Positions 1 through 9,746 of a stretch of 64,000 bases of DNA are shown here, in pieces. Position 1 is the first letter of the stretch. Each line of letters begins with the position of its first letter. The stretch is from a virus. The stretch covers positions 1-64,000 of IMG/VR virus record IMGVR_UViG_3300022220_000003; one strand, written 5' to 3'. The notes beneath the pieces were generated by a model. That model had not been told where the DNA came from, made no database searches, and saw only the letters and a program-made list of their open reading frames with translations. The translations under genes and the position numbers were made by a program.

Positions 1-48
1 TGATGACGGTGGACTACTCCAATCGGACTTGACGGCGGGATTTGGTAC

Positions 49-3000
49 TTGCAAGAAAACCTTGCAGCGGGTGGCGATTTTTCGTCGACCAAAACGTGGA
101 TGAATATCGACACATCAACCGAATTGATCTCCCTCGGCCGGCATGTGCTACCAACAGGGGATGCTGCTTACAACCTTGGTAGTAGTACAAATCGATGGGC
201 CGATGTTTATGCTCTAAGACATTACGTTTGGAGCACGGCCCCCGATGTCTGGTTTCGTGAGTCTGATGTGGCCGTTGACGCGGGTGGTTTGTGGCGCCTA
301 CTTGGATCGAGTGGTGATATTCGTCTGCAAGAGAACACGGCAGCCGGGGGGGACTTTAGCACACAGGATACTTGGTGGAGGGCTAATCGGACGTTGAACG
401 CTTTGATGATTGGGCACCATACCTACCCAATTACTGACGACGCCTACGACCTCGGGTCTAGCAGCAAAGAATGGCGCAACCTGCACATCGATGGTTTTGC
501 TACCATCGACACGATCTATTTATCTAATGCTGCGGGAGAAGGATGCGCCACGGCTATTGTACCTATTGCCACCAACACCTATGACCTTGGCAGTGGCAGC
601 TATGTTTGGCGAACAGTGTATACCCAAAGCCTCAGTGTGGCATCCACGGCTGGGCACGGTGTCAGCAACCATCTGGTGCCATATCTTGATGACACCAGAG
701 ATCTAGGCAATGCTACCTACCAATGGAAAGACCTGTACATTGATGGTGTGGCGTACATTGACACCCTATCTCTGGACGCATCCGACGATCGAGGGATCGA
801 TTCAACGGTCAAACCAACCACGGATGATCTATACAACCTTGGCAGCTCAACGCGTCAATGGCGTAACCTGTACCTCGATGGTACCGCGTTCGTTGACGTC
901 CTATCGGTATCCACCACGGGAGGCGAGGGGGTTGGGACGAGTCTGATTCCGACAACAGGTATTACCTACAACCTAGGTAGCGGTCCCTATCGTTGGAATG
1001 ATATATATTGCGAATATGTAGACTCGTATACGTACACCGACACCACAACGGCGCAGGTCTTTTGGTGGTCGCACTACGCACCCACGGTTACAAACCAGCT
1101 CCTGAAGCTCGGCACGTATGAGGCTGCTACAGACGGCACGCCAGCGGACGGGCTCGGTTGGTATGTTGATTTTAACGTGCAGTACAACACAGTAGCAAAG
1201 ATGGTTGTGGAGCGATCTGACGCCGACACCACCGCGCACATGTACTGGCGGTTGTGGAGTGGTAGCGCGTTCGTTGACCAACTTGCGCTCTGGTACAACG
1301 GAGGTATTTCGACTCGCACGGTCTACCCTTGGGCCACCGCCACTTATGACCTCGGCAGCGCCAGCTATTGGTGGCAGGACGCCTACCTAGCGGATGGTGG
1401 CGCGCTCTACATAGGTGACACCGATTTTAGGGTTGGTAATGCAAGCAACCCCCGAATCGATTTCGATGCGGGCGATAATGATGCAATGTGGTATGATCGG
1501 ACGCTTGACGCGTACGTCTTTAGAGTTGCCAACACAACACGATTCTGGTTCGATGCGAACACAACTAAATTCCAAAATGATGTCGAGCCGTGGGCAGATA
1601 TCACCTACGCCCTAGGCACCCCGAGCTACCGGTGGGGTAGCGTGGCAACGCAGTACTTCAATGGCTACCGGTACATCGATACCGTTGACGCGGCGGTATT
1701 CACATTCCAGCACTACGCCCCCACCGTGACCGCAAGTGGCCTCCTAGTTGGCTCGTTCTTGGCCAACACCGACGGCACGCCAGCGGACGGGTTTGGTGGG
1801 ATCCTCCGATTTTACAACTCGGGCAACCATGTTGCGTTTTTCAAGTGGTCCAGGCAAGACGCCGACGATACGGCCAACCTGATTTGGTACATCGACAACG
1901 GCAGCGGATTTATCACGAGTACGGTCCAATACTACAGCGGCGATTTTGGGACTCGAAACCACATACCGTTGAGTGACGACGCCTACGATCTTGGCAGCTC
2001 TGGTTCGCAGTGGCGCAATCTCTACATCGATGGCACGGCTGATTTTGATACGATTAGGGTATCAAATATAGCTGGCGAGGGAGTTGACAACCACTTATCG
2101 CCAGCATCCAATGCGACCTATACCCTAGGCAACAGTAGTTATTATTGGAGCATTCTGTACGCAAATCGAATCTTTTCGACTTACACCAATAACGACACAG
2201 AAGACGCTTGGGCGGTGGTTGACCGGTGGACCACGACGGGGACCAACACGCGGTTTTTGGTGGCGGAGTATGACGTTCGGTCAACTCAAACCCTCGCCGA
2301 CGGGTTTGGAGGTAAAATATATTACAACATCAATAACGTGATAGTGGCCGATTTGGTGTGGGGTAGGCGAGACGCCAATGATCAGTGCGATCTTTGGTGG
2401 GCCTTGCGGGATACCGGCGACGTCTACACCACCCAGCTTAGAGTCAAGTATGACGGTGGGATCGATACTCGCACCATTTTGCCTATGGTCACCAACTCAT
2501 ACGACCTCGGCAGCTCAAGTTACTGGTGGCAAAATGCGTACATAGATGGCACCGCCTACATCGGTGATAGTGCGTTGTATCTCCAGATCAACGGAGGCAA
2601 CCCATTTTTGGCCCTAGACGCGAACGACGCATTTTGGTACAGCCGTAGCGGTAACAGGTTCTACTGGCGTATCGATAGTGATGACACGATCTTTAGCCTA
2701 GATGCCACCAACGCCGAGTTTGCCGTCAATGTGATTGATGATACCGGCAGCACCCACGACCTAGGCAACGGTACCACGGGACGCTGGCGGTACATTTACG
2801 GCACGTTGGTTAACACTCTCATGACATCCACGGCCGCTTCGTCATTGGCGTTCAAGTTTTCACACGACGGCGATACCACCGACGATGCTTTGCTCAAGGT
2901 CGGTGACTTCCGAATTGATTGCAGCGGCGGGACTCAGGCCGCCGGTTTCGGCGGTTATCTCAGCTATTATGCGGCTGCGACCCAGGTAGGGCAGTGGGTT

Positions 3001-4224
3001 TGGTCTAGGGACGGCGCCGACGATCAGTACGACTTCACCTTGTGGAGCCATGATGGTACATCCCTCACAGCGCGTATGAAGTTTTACTGGGATGATTGGA
3101 TCGGTCTTTATGACCATACCCAGTTTTTTGACACGGTGTATGTGTTCAAAGATACGATCAGCACAGGCGAGTTGGTGAAATTCCAAGTACCGTATTCTCC
3201 TGCCGCGGTTGATGGTGCACTAGAGGTATTATACGTTACCGGTGGCACGTCCTCCTTTCCGCAAAAAACGAGATATCTAACCGGCATTGAATCCGTGCTT
3301 TACGGCTGCGGACATACGTCACTGAGTTCTATTGTTTACGGTGTCAGATCGAGCGTTTTTCGGGATCTCGACGAAAATGACGATAATCTGTATGCAGGCT
3401 ATTTTTACGCTAAAAACCTAGGTACTGGTGGGACAGGCGTTGACATCTATGGCATACGGTCGGAAGCGGATGGCACTGACGCTGCTGAAGCGTACGGCAT
3501 ATACGCGTATGCTCATGAGGCGACGGTCAATTATGGTGTCTATGGCATCGCTCAAAACGGCGGAAGCACGTATGGGCTATTCGGCTCAGGCAGCGGCGGG
3601 TCAGGGAGTAACTACGGGCTATATGTGCCCACTGGCACCAAAACATGGGTCAACCCACACCCGACGGACCCCACTAAGGCGATCGTCTATTCCACGGTTG
3701 AGGCCGATCGAGACACCGCGTTACTTCGCGGCCGAGCACAGCTAGTCAACGGCCGGGTGACCGTGGTTTTCCCAGAACATTACGCAATGACCCTATCGGA
3801 CTTGCCCGAGGAGCCGGTCCACGTCATAGTGACACCCCGATCAGCAGATTCAAAGGGGCTTGCGGTGGTCAGCAGCAACAACGCCGAGTTTGAGGTGGTG
3901 GAGCTAGCTGACGGTATAGGTAACTACGAGTTTGACTACGTGGTGACGGGTGCTCGGCGAGGTTATGAGGAAAAAGAGATCATTATTGACAACGTTGACT
4001 ACATACCAGGCGAGGGCAACCTTGCCAGCTTTGAAGGGGAGGTGCAGGAGTATTATGACCGGATGTCTCCAGGTATCCGGCGGATCTTCAAATCGTCCGG
4101 TATCCTAAACGCCCAAGGTAAGATCAACGCGCCGTTGTTCGCCCGAAAAAACTGGCGTACAGGCAAGATCAAGAAACCAGGCAAACAACCTCAGGAGGAA
4201 CCAAATGGCGAAAGCTCTGGCTAA
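49..4224 (+). CDS. Long tail fibre / receptor-binding protein (N-terminus probably upstream of the window)
   Basis: 1391 aa, rich in G/T/D/Y/W, with many PxxDDxYDLGSSSxxWRNLYIDG-type repeats; sits directly before the lysis genes. Confidence 0.75.
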   Translation: MQENLAAGGDFSSTKTWMNIDTSTELISLGRHVLPTGDAAYNLGSSTNRWADVYALRHYVWSTAPDVWFRESDVAVDAGGLWRLLGSSGDIRLQENTAAGGDFSTQDTWWRANRTLNALMIGHHTYPITDDAYDLGSSSKEWRNLHIDGFATIDTIYLSNAAGEGCATAIVPIATNTYDLGSGSYVWRTVYTQSLSVASTAGHGVSNHLVPYLDDTRDLGNATYQWKDLYIDGVAYIDTLSLDASDDRGIDSTVKPTTDDLYNLGSSTRQWRNLYLDGTAFVDVLSVSTTGGEGVGTSLIPTTGITYNLGSGPYRWNDIYCEYVDSYTYTDTTTAQVFWWSHYAPTVTNQLLKLGTYEAATDGTPADGLGWYVDFNVQYNTVAKMVVERSDADTTAHMYWRLWSGSAFVDQLALWYNGGISTRTVYPWATATYDLGSASYWWQDAYLADGGALYIGDTDFRVGNASNPRIDFDAGDNDAMWYDRTLDAYVFRVANTTRFWFDANTTKFQNDVEPWADITYALGTPSYRWGSVATQYFNGYRYIDTVDAAVFTFQHYAPTVTASGLLVGSFLANTDGTPADGFGGILRFYNSGNHVAFFKWSRQDADDTANLIWYIDNGSGFITSTVQYYSGDFGTRNHIPLSDDAYDLGSSGSQWRNLYIDGTADFDTIRVSNIAGEGVDNHLSPASNATYTLGNSSYYWSILYANRIFSTYTNNDTEDAWAVVDRWTTTGTNTRFLVAEYDVRSTQTLADGFGGKIYYNINNVIVADLVWGRRDANDQCDLWWALRDTGDVYTTQLRVKYDGGIDTRTILPMVTNSYDLGSSSYWWQNAYIDGTAYIGDSALYLQINGGNPFLALDANDAFWYSRSGNRFYWRIDSDDTIFSLDATNAEFAVNVIDDTGSTHDLGNGTTGRWRYIYGTLVNTLMTSTAASSLAFKFSHDGDTTDDALLKVGDFRIDCSGGTQAAGFGGYLSYYAAATQVGQWVWSRDGADDQYDFTLWSHDGTSLTARMKFYWDDWIGLYDHTQFFDTVYVFKDTISTGELVKFQVPYSPAAVDGALEVLYVTGGTSSFPQKTRYLTGIESVLYGCGHTSLSSIVYGVRSSVFRDLDENDDNLYAGYFYAKNLGTGGTGVDIYGIRSEADGTDAAEAYGIYAYAHEATVNYGVYGIAQNGGSTYGLFGSGSGGSGSNYGLYVPTGTKTWVNPHPTDPTKAIVYSTVEADRDTALLRGRAQLVNGRVTVVFPEHYAMTLSDLPEEPVHVIVTPRSADSKGLAVVSSNNAEFEVVELADGIGNYEFDYVVTGARRGYEEKEIIIDNVDYIPGEGNLASFEGEVQEYYDRMSPGIRRIFKSSGILNAQGKINAPLFARKNWRTGKIKKPGKQPQEEPNGESSG

Positions 4225-4420
4225 TTTGGCAATGTTCTACAACGGCGACCCAAGCGAGGGGAGTCCCACAAACGCGTTTATGTCGTACGCCGTGGTGGAT
4301 GGCACGATGCGCAAGGATCATCAAACCTATCTCATCGATGGGCCCTCGTGGACGGATTCACCCAACACGATCTGGGATGCGGCGGTAACCCAGATCAAAA
4401 CCAATGAAGGGATCAGCTAG
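4205..4420 (+). CDS. Small tail-associated protein, paralogue 1
   Basis: AGGAGG RBS; shares MAKAL...YxVVDGxM...IWxxAV...ExIS pattern with the next ORF. Confidence 0.6.
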   Translation: MAKALANLAMFYNGDPSEGSPTNAFMSYAVVDGTMRKDHQTYLIDGPSWTDSPNTIWDAAVTQIKTNEGIS

Positions 4421-4422
4421 AC

Positions 4423-4638
4423 ATGGCAAAGGCACTAGACACCAACCGCACCCGCTTGGTTTTCACCGGCCCCGATACCGGGCCCACCGCCTTGGCGGTG
4501 GAATATTCGGTCGTGGACGGGGACATGGAAGACAAGGGCAAGCGGGCCGAAATGGATTCGCCGAATTTTGATTCGACCAGCTCGGCGATCTGGGCCTCTG
4601 CTGTCGGCACGGTAGAAACGGCCGAGGAGATATCGTAA
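4423..4638 (+). CDS. Small tail-associated protein, paralogue 2
   Basis: 71 aa tandem paralogue of 4205-4420. Confidence 0.6.
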   Translation: MAKALDTNRTRLVFTGPDTGPTALAVEYSVVDGDMEDKGKRAEMDSPNFDSTSSAIWASAVGTVETAEEIS

Positions 4639-4691
4639 ACCAACCCAAACCAAACCGATTGGCCGACAACGATCGGCTCAAGGAGACAGTT

Positions 4692-5093
4692 ATGGCAACC
4701 AAGAAGCCCGCGGCGGGCACGATCAAAGAAATTAAAGAACCTGAGGGCCCCGAGGGCCAAGCAATGGTTCCCGGCGGCGGAGGCAATGGCCAACAACAGC
4801 GGCCCAATGGCCTCCAAGTCATGTCCGAGAAAGATGTCAACGCCTACATGGAGACCTTGCTCGAGGTGCAACAACCGCCGGCCGATATGCCCCCGATCGA
4901 GCTCGGGGCGTTGGCTCAATTTCGAGGGATCAGCCAAGACCAAGGCAACATCGAAAGACAATTGACCCGAGCACAAAGCCAGGTGGAGGCTCTCAAAACG
5001 CAGATGGCGAGGCTCCAAGGGCAAAGCGAGGCCTATGTCAATCTGCTTGTTTTGGCCGAGGACTCGCGGAGGGTTGAGGCCGCCCGATCATGA
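4692..5093 (+). CDS. Hypothetical coiled-coil protein
   Basis: AAGGAG RBS before ATG 4692; heptad-like C-terminus; stop overlaps endolysin start. Confidence 0.55.
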   Translation: MATKKPAAGTIKEIKEPEGPEGQAMVPGGGGNGQQQRPNGLQVMSEKDVNAYMETLLEVQQPPADMPPIELGALAQFRGISQDQGNIERQLTRAQSQVEALKTQMARLQGQSEAYVNLLVLAEDSRRVEAARS

Positions 5094-5779
5094 CCTCAGG
5101 GTTTGGCGTGGGTGATCGGGGGGAACCGGTCACCGAGATCCAACAAAACCTCGAGGTGCTCGGACTAGACCCCGGCCCGATCGATGGTTTGTTCGGTTTC
5201 AAAACCCGGCAGGCGGTGGTCTCGTTCCAAGAACACCACCTCGTGACGGGGACCGTGGACGCCCACACCCGCGCCAAACTCATTCAAGCGGCCATCGCAG
5301 AAAGGGTGCGGCAAAAAATGGTGGTGGTTGTGCCAAGCGGCCTACACGAGATCGAAACAACCTTTGGCCAAATCGAATACGAGGAGGCCGAGGGTGGGTT
5401 TGTGGTGGTAACCAACGATTGGGCCAAGGAGCACATAATCACCACCCGTTTGCCAATCGTAGGCAAGGTGCAGGTCCATAAGCTCTTGGCGGGGGTGTTT
5501 CGTGACGTCTTGGGCGACCTAGATACCCAACGTGTAGGGGATCAAATCCGGCAATTTGGGGTGTGGTCGACACGCCACAAAATGCACAATCCCAACCGGG
5601 GACTCTCGAGCCACTCGTGGGCAATCGCATGTGATATCAATTGGGCCGAGAACCCTGTGGGCCGGGCGGGCGCAATGGACCCGCGGATCGTTGCAGAGTT
5701 TGAGGCTCGGGGGTTTCGCTGGGGAGGGAGGTGGAAAACTAGGGATGATATGCATTTTCAGTATTGCAGAAACTACTAG
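5090..5779 (+). CDS. Endolysin: peptidoglycan-binding domain plus M15-family Zn peptidase
   Basis: PG_binding_1-like IQQNL..LGLDPGPIDGLFG..TRQAV..FQ; M15 motifs SSHSWAIACDIN and DDMHFQ. Confidence 0.9.
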   Translation: MTSGFGVGDRGEPVTEIQQNLEVLGLDPGPIDGLFGFKTRQAVVSFQEHHLVTGTVDAHTRAKLIQAAIAERVRQKMVVVVPSGLHEIETTFGQIEYEEAEGGFVVVTNDWAKEHIITTRLPIVGKVQVHKLLAGVFRDVLGDLDTQRVGDQIRQFGVWSTRHKMHNPNRGLSSHSWAIACDINWAENPVGRAGAMDPRIVAEFEARGFRWGGRWKTRDDMHFQYCRNY

Positions 5780-5793
5780 CCAAGGGGCAGACC

Positions 5794-6291
5794 ATGAGAC
5801 CTCTAGTATTATCGATTTGCTTATTGCTTCCTACCACTGTCGAGGGACAGCCAACGCCGACACCAACCCCAACCACCGAGGGGGCCCCCGCACTACTTGC
5901 GGCGGAGCCGGCGGCCGAGACCGAGGCCAAGGCCGAGACGGAACCCGTTGACGCGGTGGAGCTCGTGACCTCGGTAGGCAAGGTGATCGACGATTGGAAA
6001 AACGTGGGGTGGCTCGCGGGGGTGATCGCGTTGATCAACCTGTTGCTCAACCTGTTGCGATTCAAACCGATCGATATGGCGCTCGAGAGGCTTGATTGGA
6101 AGTGGCTTAAACCACTGATCGCCACCGTGCTCGGGGCAACGCTCGGTGGGGTTTCAGTATTTTCTACCGGGGCGGGGATACTCAACTCGGTGGTGGCGGG
6201 GATGCTCGCGGGCCTTGGTTCGGTTGGGTTTCACGAGCTCGTGGATAACTTGCGCAAGCAAACTCGCAAACCCACCACACCCCTCGCCTAG
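5794..6291 (+). CDS. Holin-like membrane protein
   Basis: N-terminal signal-like segment plus about three hydrophobic segments, directly after the endolysin. Confidence 0.6.
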   Translation: MRPLVLSICLLLPTTVEGQPTPTPTPTTEGAPALLAAEPAAETEAKAETEPVDAVELVTSVGKVIDDWKNVGWLAGVIALINLLLNLLRFKPIDMALERLDWKWLKPLIATVLGATLGGVSVFSTGAGILNSVVAGMLAGLGSVGFHELVDNLRKQTRKPTTPLA

Positions 6292-6293
6292 CC

Positions 6294-6569
6294 ATGGATA
6301 TCGTTTGGATTCCTGTGGCGATCGTGATCTTGGCGCTTGGTGCCTATGCGGCCATGCATTTGTTTGGCGGCGGCAAACGGCAAAACCTCGCCAAAGATGC
6401 GGAGGCTCGAGCTCGTGACGTGCGGACGGCGGCCGAGGCGGCTCTCGCGGTGGAGCTCGAGAGCCTCGAGGTTGAGCGCCAAGACCTCGAGGGTATCAAA
6501 GGCATCAAAAACGACGCCGAGCGGCTCCGAGCTCTCGCCGATTTTGCTAATCGGAGGCGTAAGCGATGA
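6294..6569 (+). CDS. Membrane-anchored coiled-coil protein (i-spanin-like)
   Basis: N-terminal TM helix then an Ala/Glu/Arg-rich helix; lysis context. Confidence 0.45.
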   Translation: MDIVWIPVAIVILALGAYAAMHLFGGGKRQNLAKDAEARARDVRTAAEAALAVELESLEVERQDLEGIKGIKNDAERLRALADFANRRRKR

Positions 6570-6910
6570 TTTGGTATGTCATGGTGTTGGCCCTCGTGAC
6601 GGCTGACCCACCGGATCCGATGGTGGTACCTGTGGAGCAACACGAGCCGGCCCCGTTTGCGGGGCTCTTGGTGCCCGAGGCGCGGTTTGTGCAGCTCTTG
6701 GAGGCCGAGCAGCGGGCCGAGGAGCTCTTGGTGCGGCTGCGGGTGGCTGAGCATACCAGCTCGGCGATCGAGCAAGTCTATCAAGACGCGGTCACCGTAC
6801 CGTGGTACGACTCGCCGTCCTTCAACCGGTGGCTCGGGATCGTGGTCGGAGGTGCGATCGCAGGTGTGTCGGTGTGGGCCGTGGTGGAGCTCCAAGCGGC
6901 TCACCCTTGA
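6566..6910 (+). CDS. Membrane protein in lysis block
   Basis: Hydrophobic N- and C-terminal segments; ATGA overlap with the previous gene. Confidence 0.5.
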   Translation: MIWYVMVLALVTADPPDPMVVPVEQHEPAPFAGLLVPEARFVQLLEAEQRAEELLVRLRVAEHTSSAIEQVYQDAVTVPWYDSPSFNRWLGIVVGGAIAGVSVWAVVELQAAHP

Positions 6911-6929
6911 TCTGTGCTACACTAGGCGC

Positions 6930-7214
6930 ATGGATTCGTTGATTGAGCTAGCAGCGGAGATCGCCAAGACCAGCTCAACCCCGGGGCTCGTTTTGGTGCT
7001 GACGATCTTGCTAGGCCTAGCTTTGTGGGCATATTGGCAAGAAAGGCGGACAAACACCCAGGTGGCCGAGCAACGGCTCACCGAGGCGAGGGCAGATACT
7101 GAGGCCATGACCAGCGCTCTACATGAGGCAACCCACGCGGTGGAGGCTTTTCGCGCCTCCAACGAGGCCCTAAAGCACGCGATCGAGCTCATGCTCCAGA
7201 CACGGGGTATCTGA
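6930..7214 (+). CDS. Single-TM membrane protein (holin-like)
   Basis: TM segment GLVLVLTILLGLALWAYW followed by a coiled coil. Confidence 0.45.
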   Translation: MDSLIELAAEIAKTSSTPGLVLVLTILLGLALWAYWQERRTNTQVAEQRLTEARADTEAMTSALHEATHAVEAFRASNEALKHAIELMLQTRGI

Positions 7215-7615
7215 TGCGGCAACTCAAATTTAGGAACACTCCCACCGATCCATTTTCGAAGGCCTCGGCGGACCCGAGCTCGTTTGGCAACTTGGCGATC
7301 TCGCGGGGGTGGGTGACCCAAAAGGACCTCGAGCAAGCTCTCGAGGTACAGCGCGCAAAGATACCTAAGCTAGGTCAGATCATGATCGAGATCGGATTGC
7401 TATCTGAAGAACAACGGGACGAAATACTGATCGAACAACGCCAAGCTCGAGGTCAAAAAATCCCCACCGAGGAGCTCTTGGTGTTTGAGCGGCGCAAGAT
7501 GAGGCGACGGCTCGAGGGGCTCAAAAATGGGTTTCGGGAGGCCACGAAGCACGCCAAGACCTTCGCCGAGGAGGTGACGGGTTTAACAGGGGAGCCCCTC
7601 GACTCGGCGGACTAG
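7214..7615 (+). CDS. Stand-alone MshEN-like (c-di-GMP-binding fold) protein
   Basis: Two tandem 24-aa motifs, SFGNLAISRGWVTQKDLEQALEVQ and KLGQIMIEIGLLSEEQRDEILIEQ, joined by a 5-aa linker. Confidence 0.65.
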   Translation: MRQLKFRNTPTDPFSKASADPSSFGNLAISRGWVTQKDLEQALEVQRAKIPKLGQIMIEIGLLSEEQRDEILIEQRQARGQKIPTEELLVFERRKMRRRLEGLKNGFREATKHAKTFAEEVTGLTGEPLDSAD

Positions 7616-8197
7616 ATCTTCGTCCGATAGCTCGGTGTAGATCGACGTCGTAACCACGTTGTTGTGACGTGCAAACCGCTGTACGGCCTTGATACATCGA
7701 TCCTTACGGTACAGGTTGGTGCAAGCGGTGTGCCGCAACGCGTGGAAATTATACAGCCGTTCGAAGCCCGCCTTGGCTTGCCAATCCCGAAACATGGCCC
7801 GCATGCGGCGGGTGGATAACCGGCGGTGGTTGCGGCTGACAAACAAGGGAGCCGAGCTCTCGAGGCTCTCGCCGCGATCTTTTTTCCAAACCAGATACCG
7901 GTTGATCTTATGACGCAGTGTGCTATTTAAAACAACCTCTTGGCGGGCGGGGTTGTCGGTGCACGTTTTGAACACGCGGAGCTCTACCCGGCGGCGGGCG
8001 TTGCCGTTGCCGTTGGTGACGTCTCCCACGTCGAGGGCGGCGATCTCGGACTCACGCAAGCCCGTACCGAGGGCCAAGCTAAAAACCATGTGATCCCGGT
8101 AGCCTTTGGCGTGTTGACCGGTGACGTCGAGCAGGGCCACCTGCTCGGCCTCGGATAGCGTTTTCGGCGGGAGACCTCGGCGGGCGTAATGGGTCAT
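7583..8197 (-). CDS. Tyrosine recombinase, catalytic domain only (204 aa)
   Basis: GLRESE (R), HALRHT (HxxR), ARH (H) and TSIYT (Y); no N-terminal binding domain. Confidence 0.9.
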   Translation of the reverse strand: MTHYARRGLPPKTLSEAEQVALLDVTGQHAKGYRDHMVFSLALGTGLRESEIAALDVGDVTNGNGNARRRVELRVFKTCTDNPARQEVVLNSTLRHKINRYLVWKKDRGESLESSAPLFVSRNHRRLSTRRMRAMFRDWQAKAGFERLYNFHALRHTACTNLYRKDRCIKAVQRFARHNNVVTTSIYTELSDEDLVRRVEGLPC

Positions 8198-8563
8198 GAC
8201 GTTGACTCCTTTGGCGACATGATTACATAGTAGACATTGATCACCGGCCCGTCAACGAGAAAAAAACGACATACAGCCCCCTACTAGGGTGATTTTTTGT
8301 AGGTTTTACCATTGACCCCCGATCCGGTCTAAACTACAAAATTGCCATGACCTCGGGGGCGATGGTCCATATCCTGTACCAGGGATCTACGGCGTGCGGC
8401 TTGTGGTGGTCCAATACCCCCAAGGCTGATAAATGGCTGGCGCCGTGGGAGTGGCCCGATCTAGACAAGCTAATCAAAGACAAGAACGTGACCCCTTGCC
8501 CCCAATGCGCGGAGGCCTACCAAAACAAAACAAGCGAGTGGTGCAAAAATTGGGGGGATATCC

Positions 8564-9235
8564 TTGGCAATTGACCCCCCACCGTGCCTAGGCCTTTTCG
8601 AGCCGACAGACGGCGAGTGTAGCGGCTCCGAGGCCGATCCCTTGCCTTGCACGTGGCGAGATCGCTGTGGGGCCTTTAAAACGTATTTACGGCGCTCTAA
8701 ACAAAGGGCAGCTCGGTGGCTCGAGCTCGAGGGGTGGGAGATCCGGCGGTGGTGCGACCAATGGATCGAGGCCTACGAGATCGAAAACGGGTTACCCAAA
8801 AACGAGACGCCTCCCACATTGGCTGGGGACCTGCGCCAGGCCTTCGAGCAGGTGGTGGACTACCTTTCGAGCAACACCCACCAAATCGGCCGACAGTTTG
8901 CCAGAGACCGCCTAGCGCTCCCCGGGGAGCTCTACCTCGTGGATCGAATGGCGCAAGCCCGATACGTGGCAATTTATGCCCGGGCGCACCAAGGACACGA
9001 TCGGCCGGTGGTGCGGCTGAGGTACAAGCCACGGGCGGGAGTGGTCGAGCTCCGATTGCCTGTTGAGGCCACCGAGGCGGCCCGAGCTCTCGGGGTGGAC
9101 GCGGTGGCGATCAAATCGGGCCAGTTTCGGGCCCGGGCGGATCTCGGTCTCGAGACCCTCGAGGGGGTAGGCGCTCGGATCTTAGCGTTGGCTAAAACGG
9201 GGGCGATCAAATTGCCACCGGCGGGGGTTAAATGA
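8564..9235 (+). CDS. Hypothetical protein with Cys-rich N-terminus
   Basis: 223 aa ORF coupled to its neighbours. Confidence 0.55.
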   Translation: MAIDPPPCLGLFEPTDGECSGSEADPLPCTWRDRCGAFKTYLRRSKQRAARWLELEGWEIRRWCDQWIEAYEIENGLPKNETPPTLAGDLRQAFEQVVDYLSSNTHQIGRQFARDRLALPGELYLVDRMAQARYVAIYARAHQGHDRPVVRLRYKPRAGVVELRLPVEATEAARALGVDAVAIKSGQFRARADLGLETLEGVGARILALAKTGAIKLPPAGVK

Positions 9236-9473
9236 CACCAAAAGTCGCGTTGCACCGCGGGCCTGAGGCCCTGAATCGAGCTGACCTCGACGTGCTCGGC
9301 GATGGCGTGGACGTGATTTCGATCGCTCCTGTGTGTCATACAGGGGCGCCGGTGTTTGTTGGCTATTCGGCCCATGAGGGGGCCTTGGCTCTCGTGTGTG
9401 CGGTATGCCGCAAGCTCGTCACCAAGGTGCAAGTGGCAGACACCGGCCCCCAATCAAGCGAGGAGATCCACTA

Positions 9474-9746
9474 GTGGCCGCGCTCCCCGAGCTTGCCCGG
9501 GCGGTGGGGCTCGACCCCGTGCTTTGCCCACATTGTGGCCGGCGGGTGCACACTCTCGACGCGATCGATCTGTTGTTTCGTACTATCCTCGAGCGGGTTC
9601 GCAAGGGTGAGGCCGTGACAATTCGACGGTTTGGGACTTTTAGGGCAGCTCGGCGGGTGGGGCGAGGGATCGGTAAAGACGTTGGTGATTATGTGGTGAT
9701 CCGGTTTCGCGCCTCTCCCCGAGCCAAGGAGGTGATCCGTGGTTGA
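9474..9746 (+). CDS. HU/IHF-family DNA-bending protein
   Basis: GEAVTIRRFGTF and IRFRAS signatures; AGGAG RBS before GTG 9474; unusual CPHC insertion and short arm. Confidence 0.75.
   Translation: MAALPELARAVGLDPVLCPHCGRRVHTLDAIDLLFRTILERVRKGEAVTIRRFGTFRAARRVGRGIGKDVGDYVVIRFRASPRAKEVIRG

Noticed and set aside
49-4224. Diversity-generating retroelement targeting the tail fibre
   Set aside because: No reverse transcriptase and no template/variable repeat pair seen; the repeats are diverged protein-level repeats.
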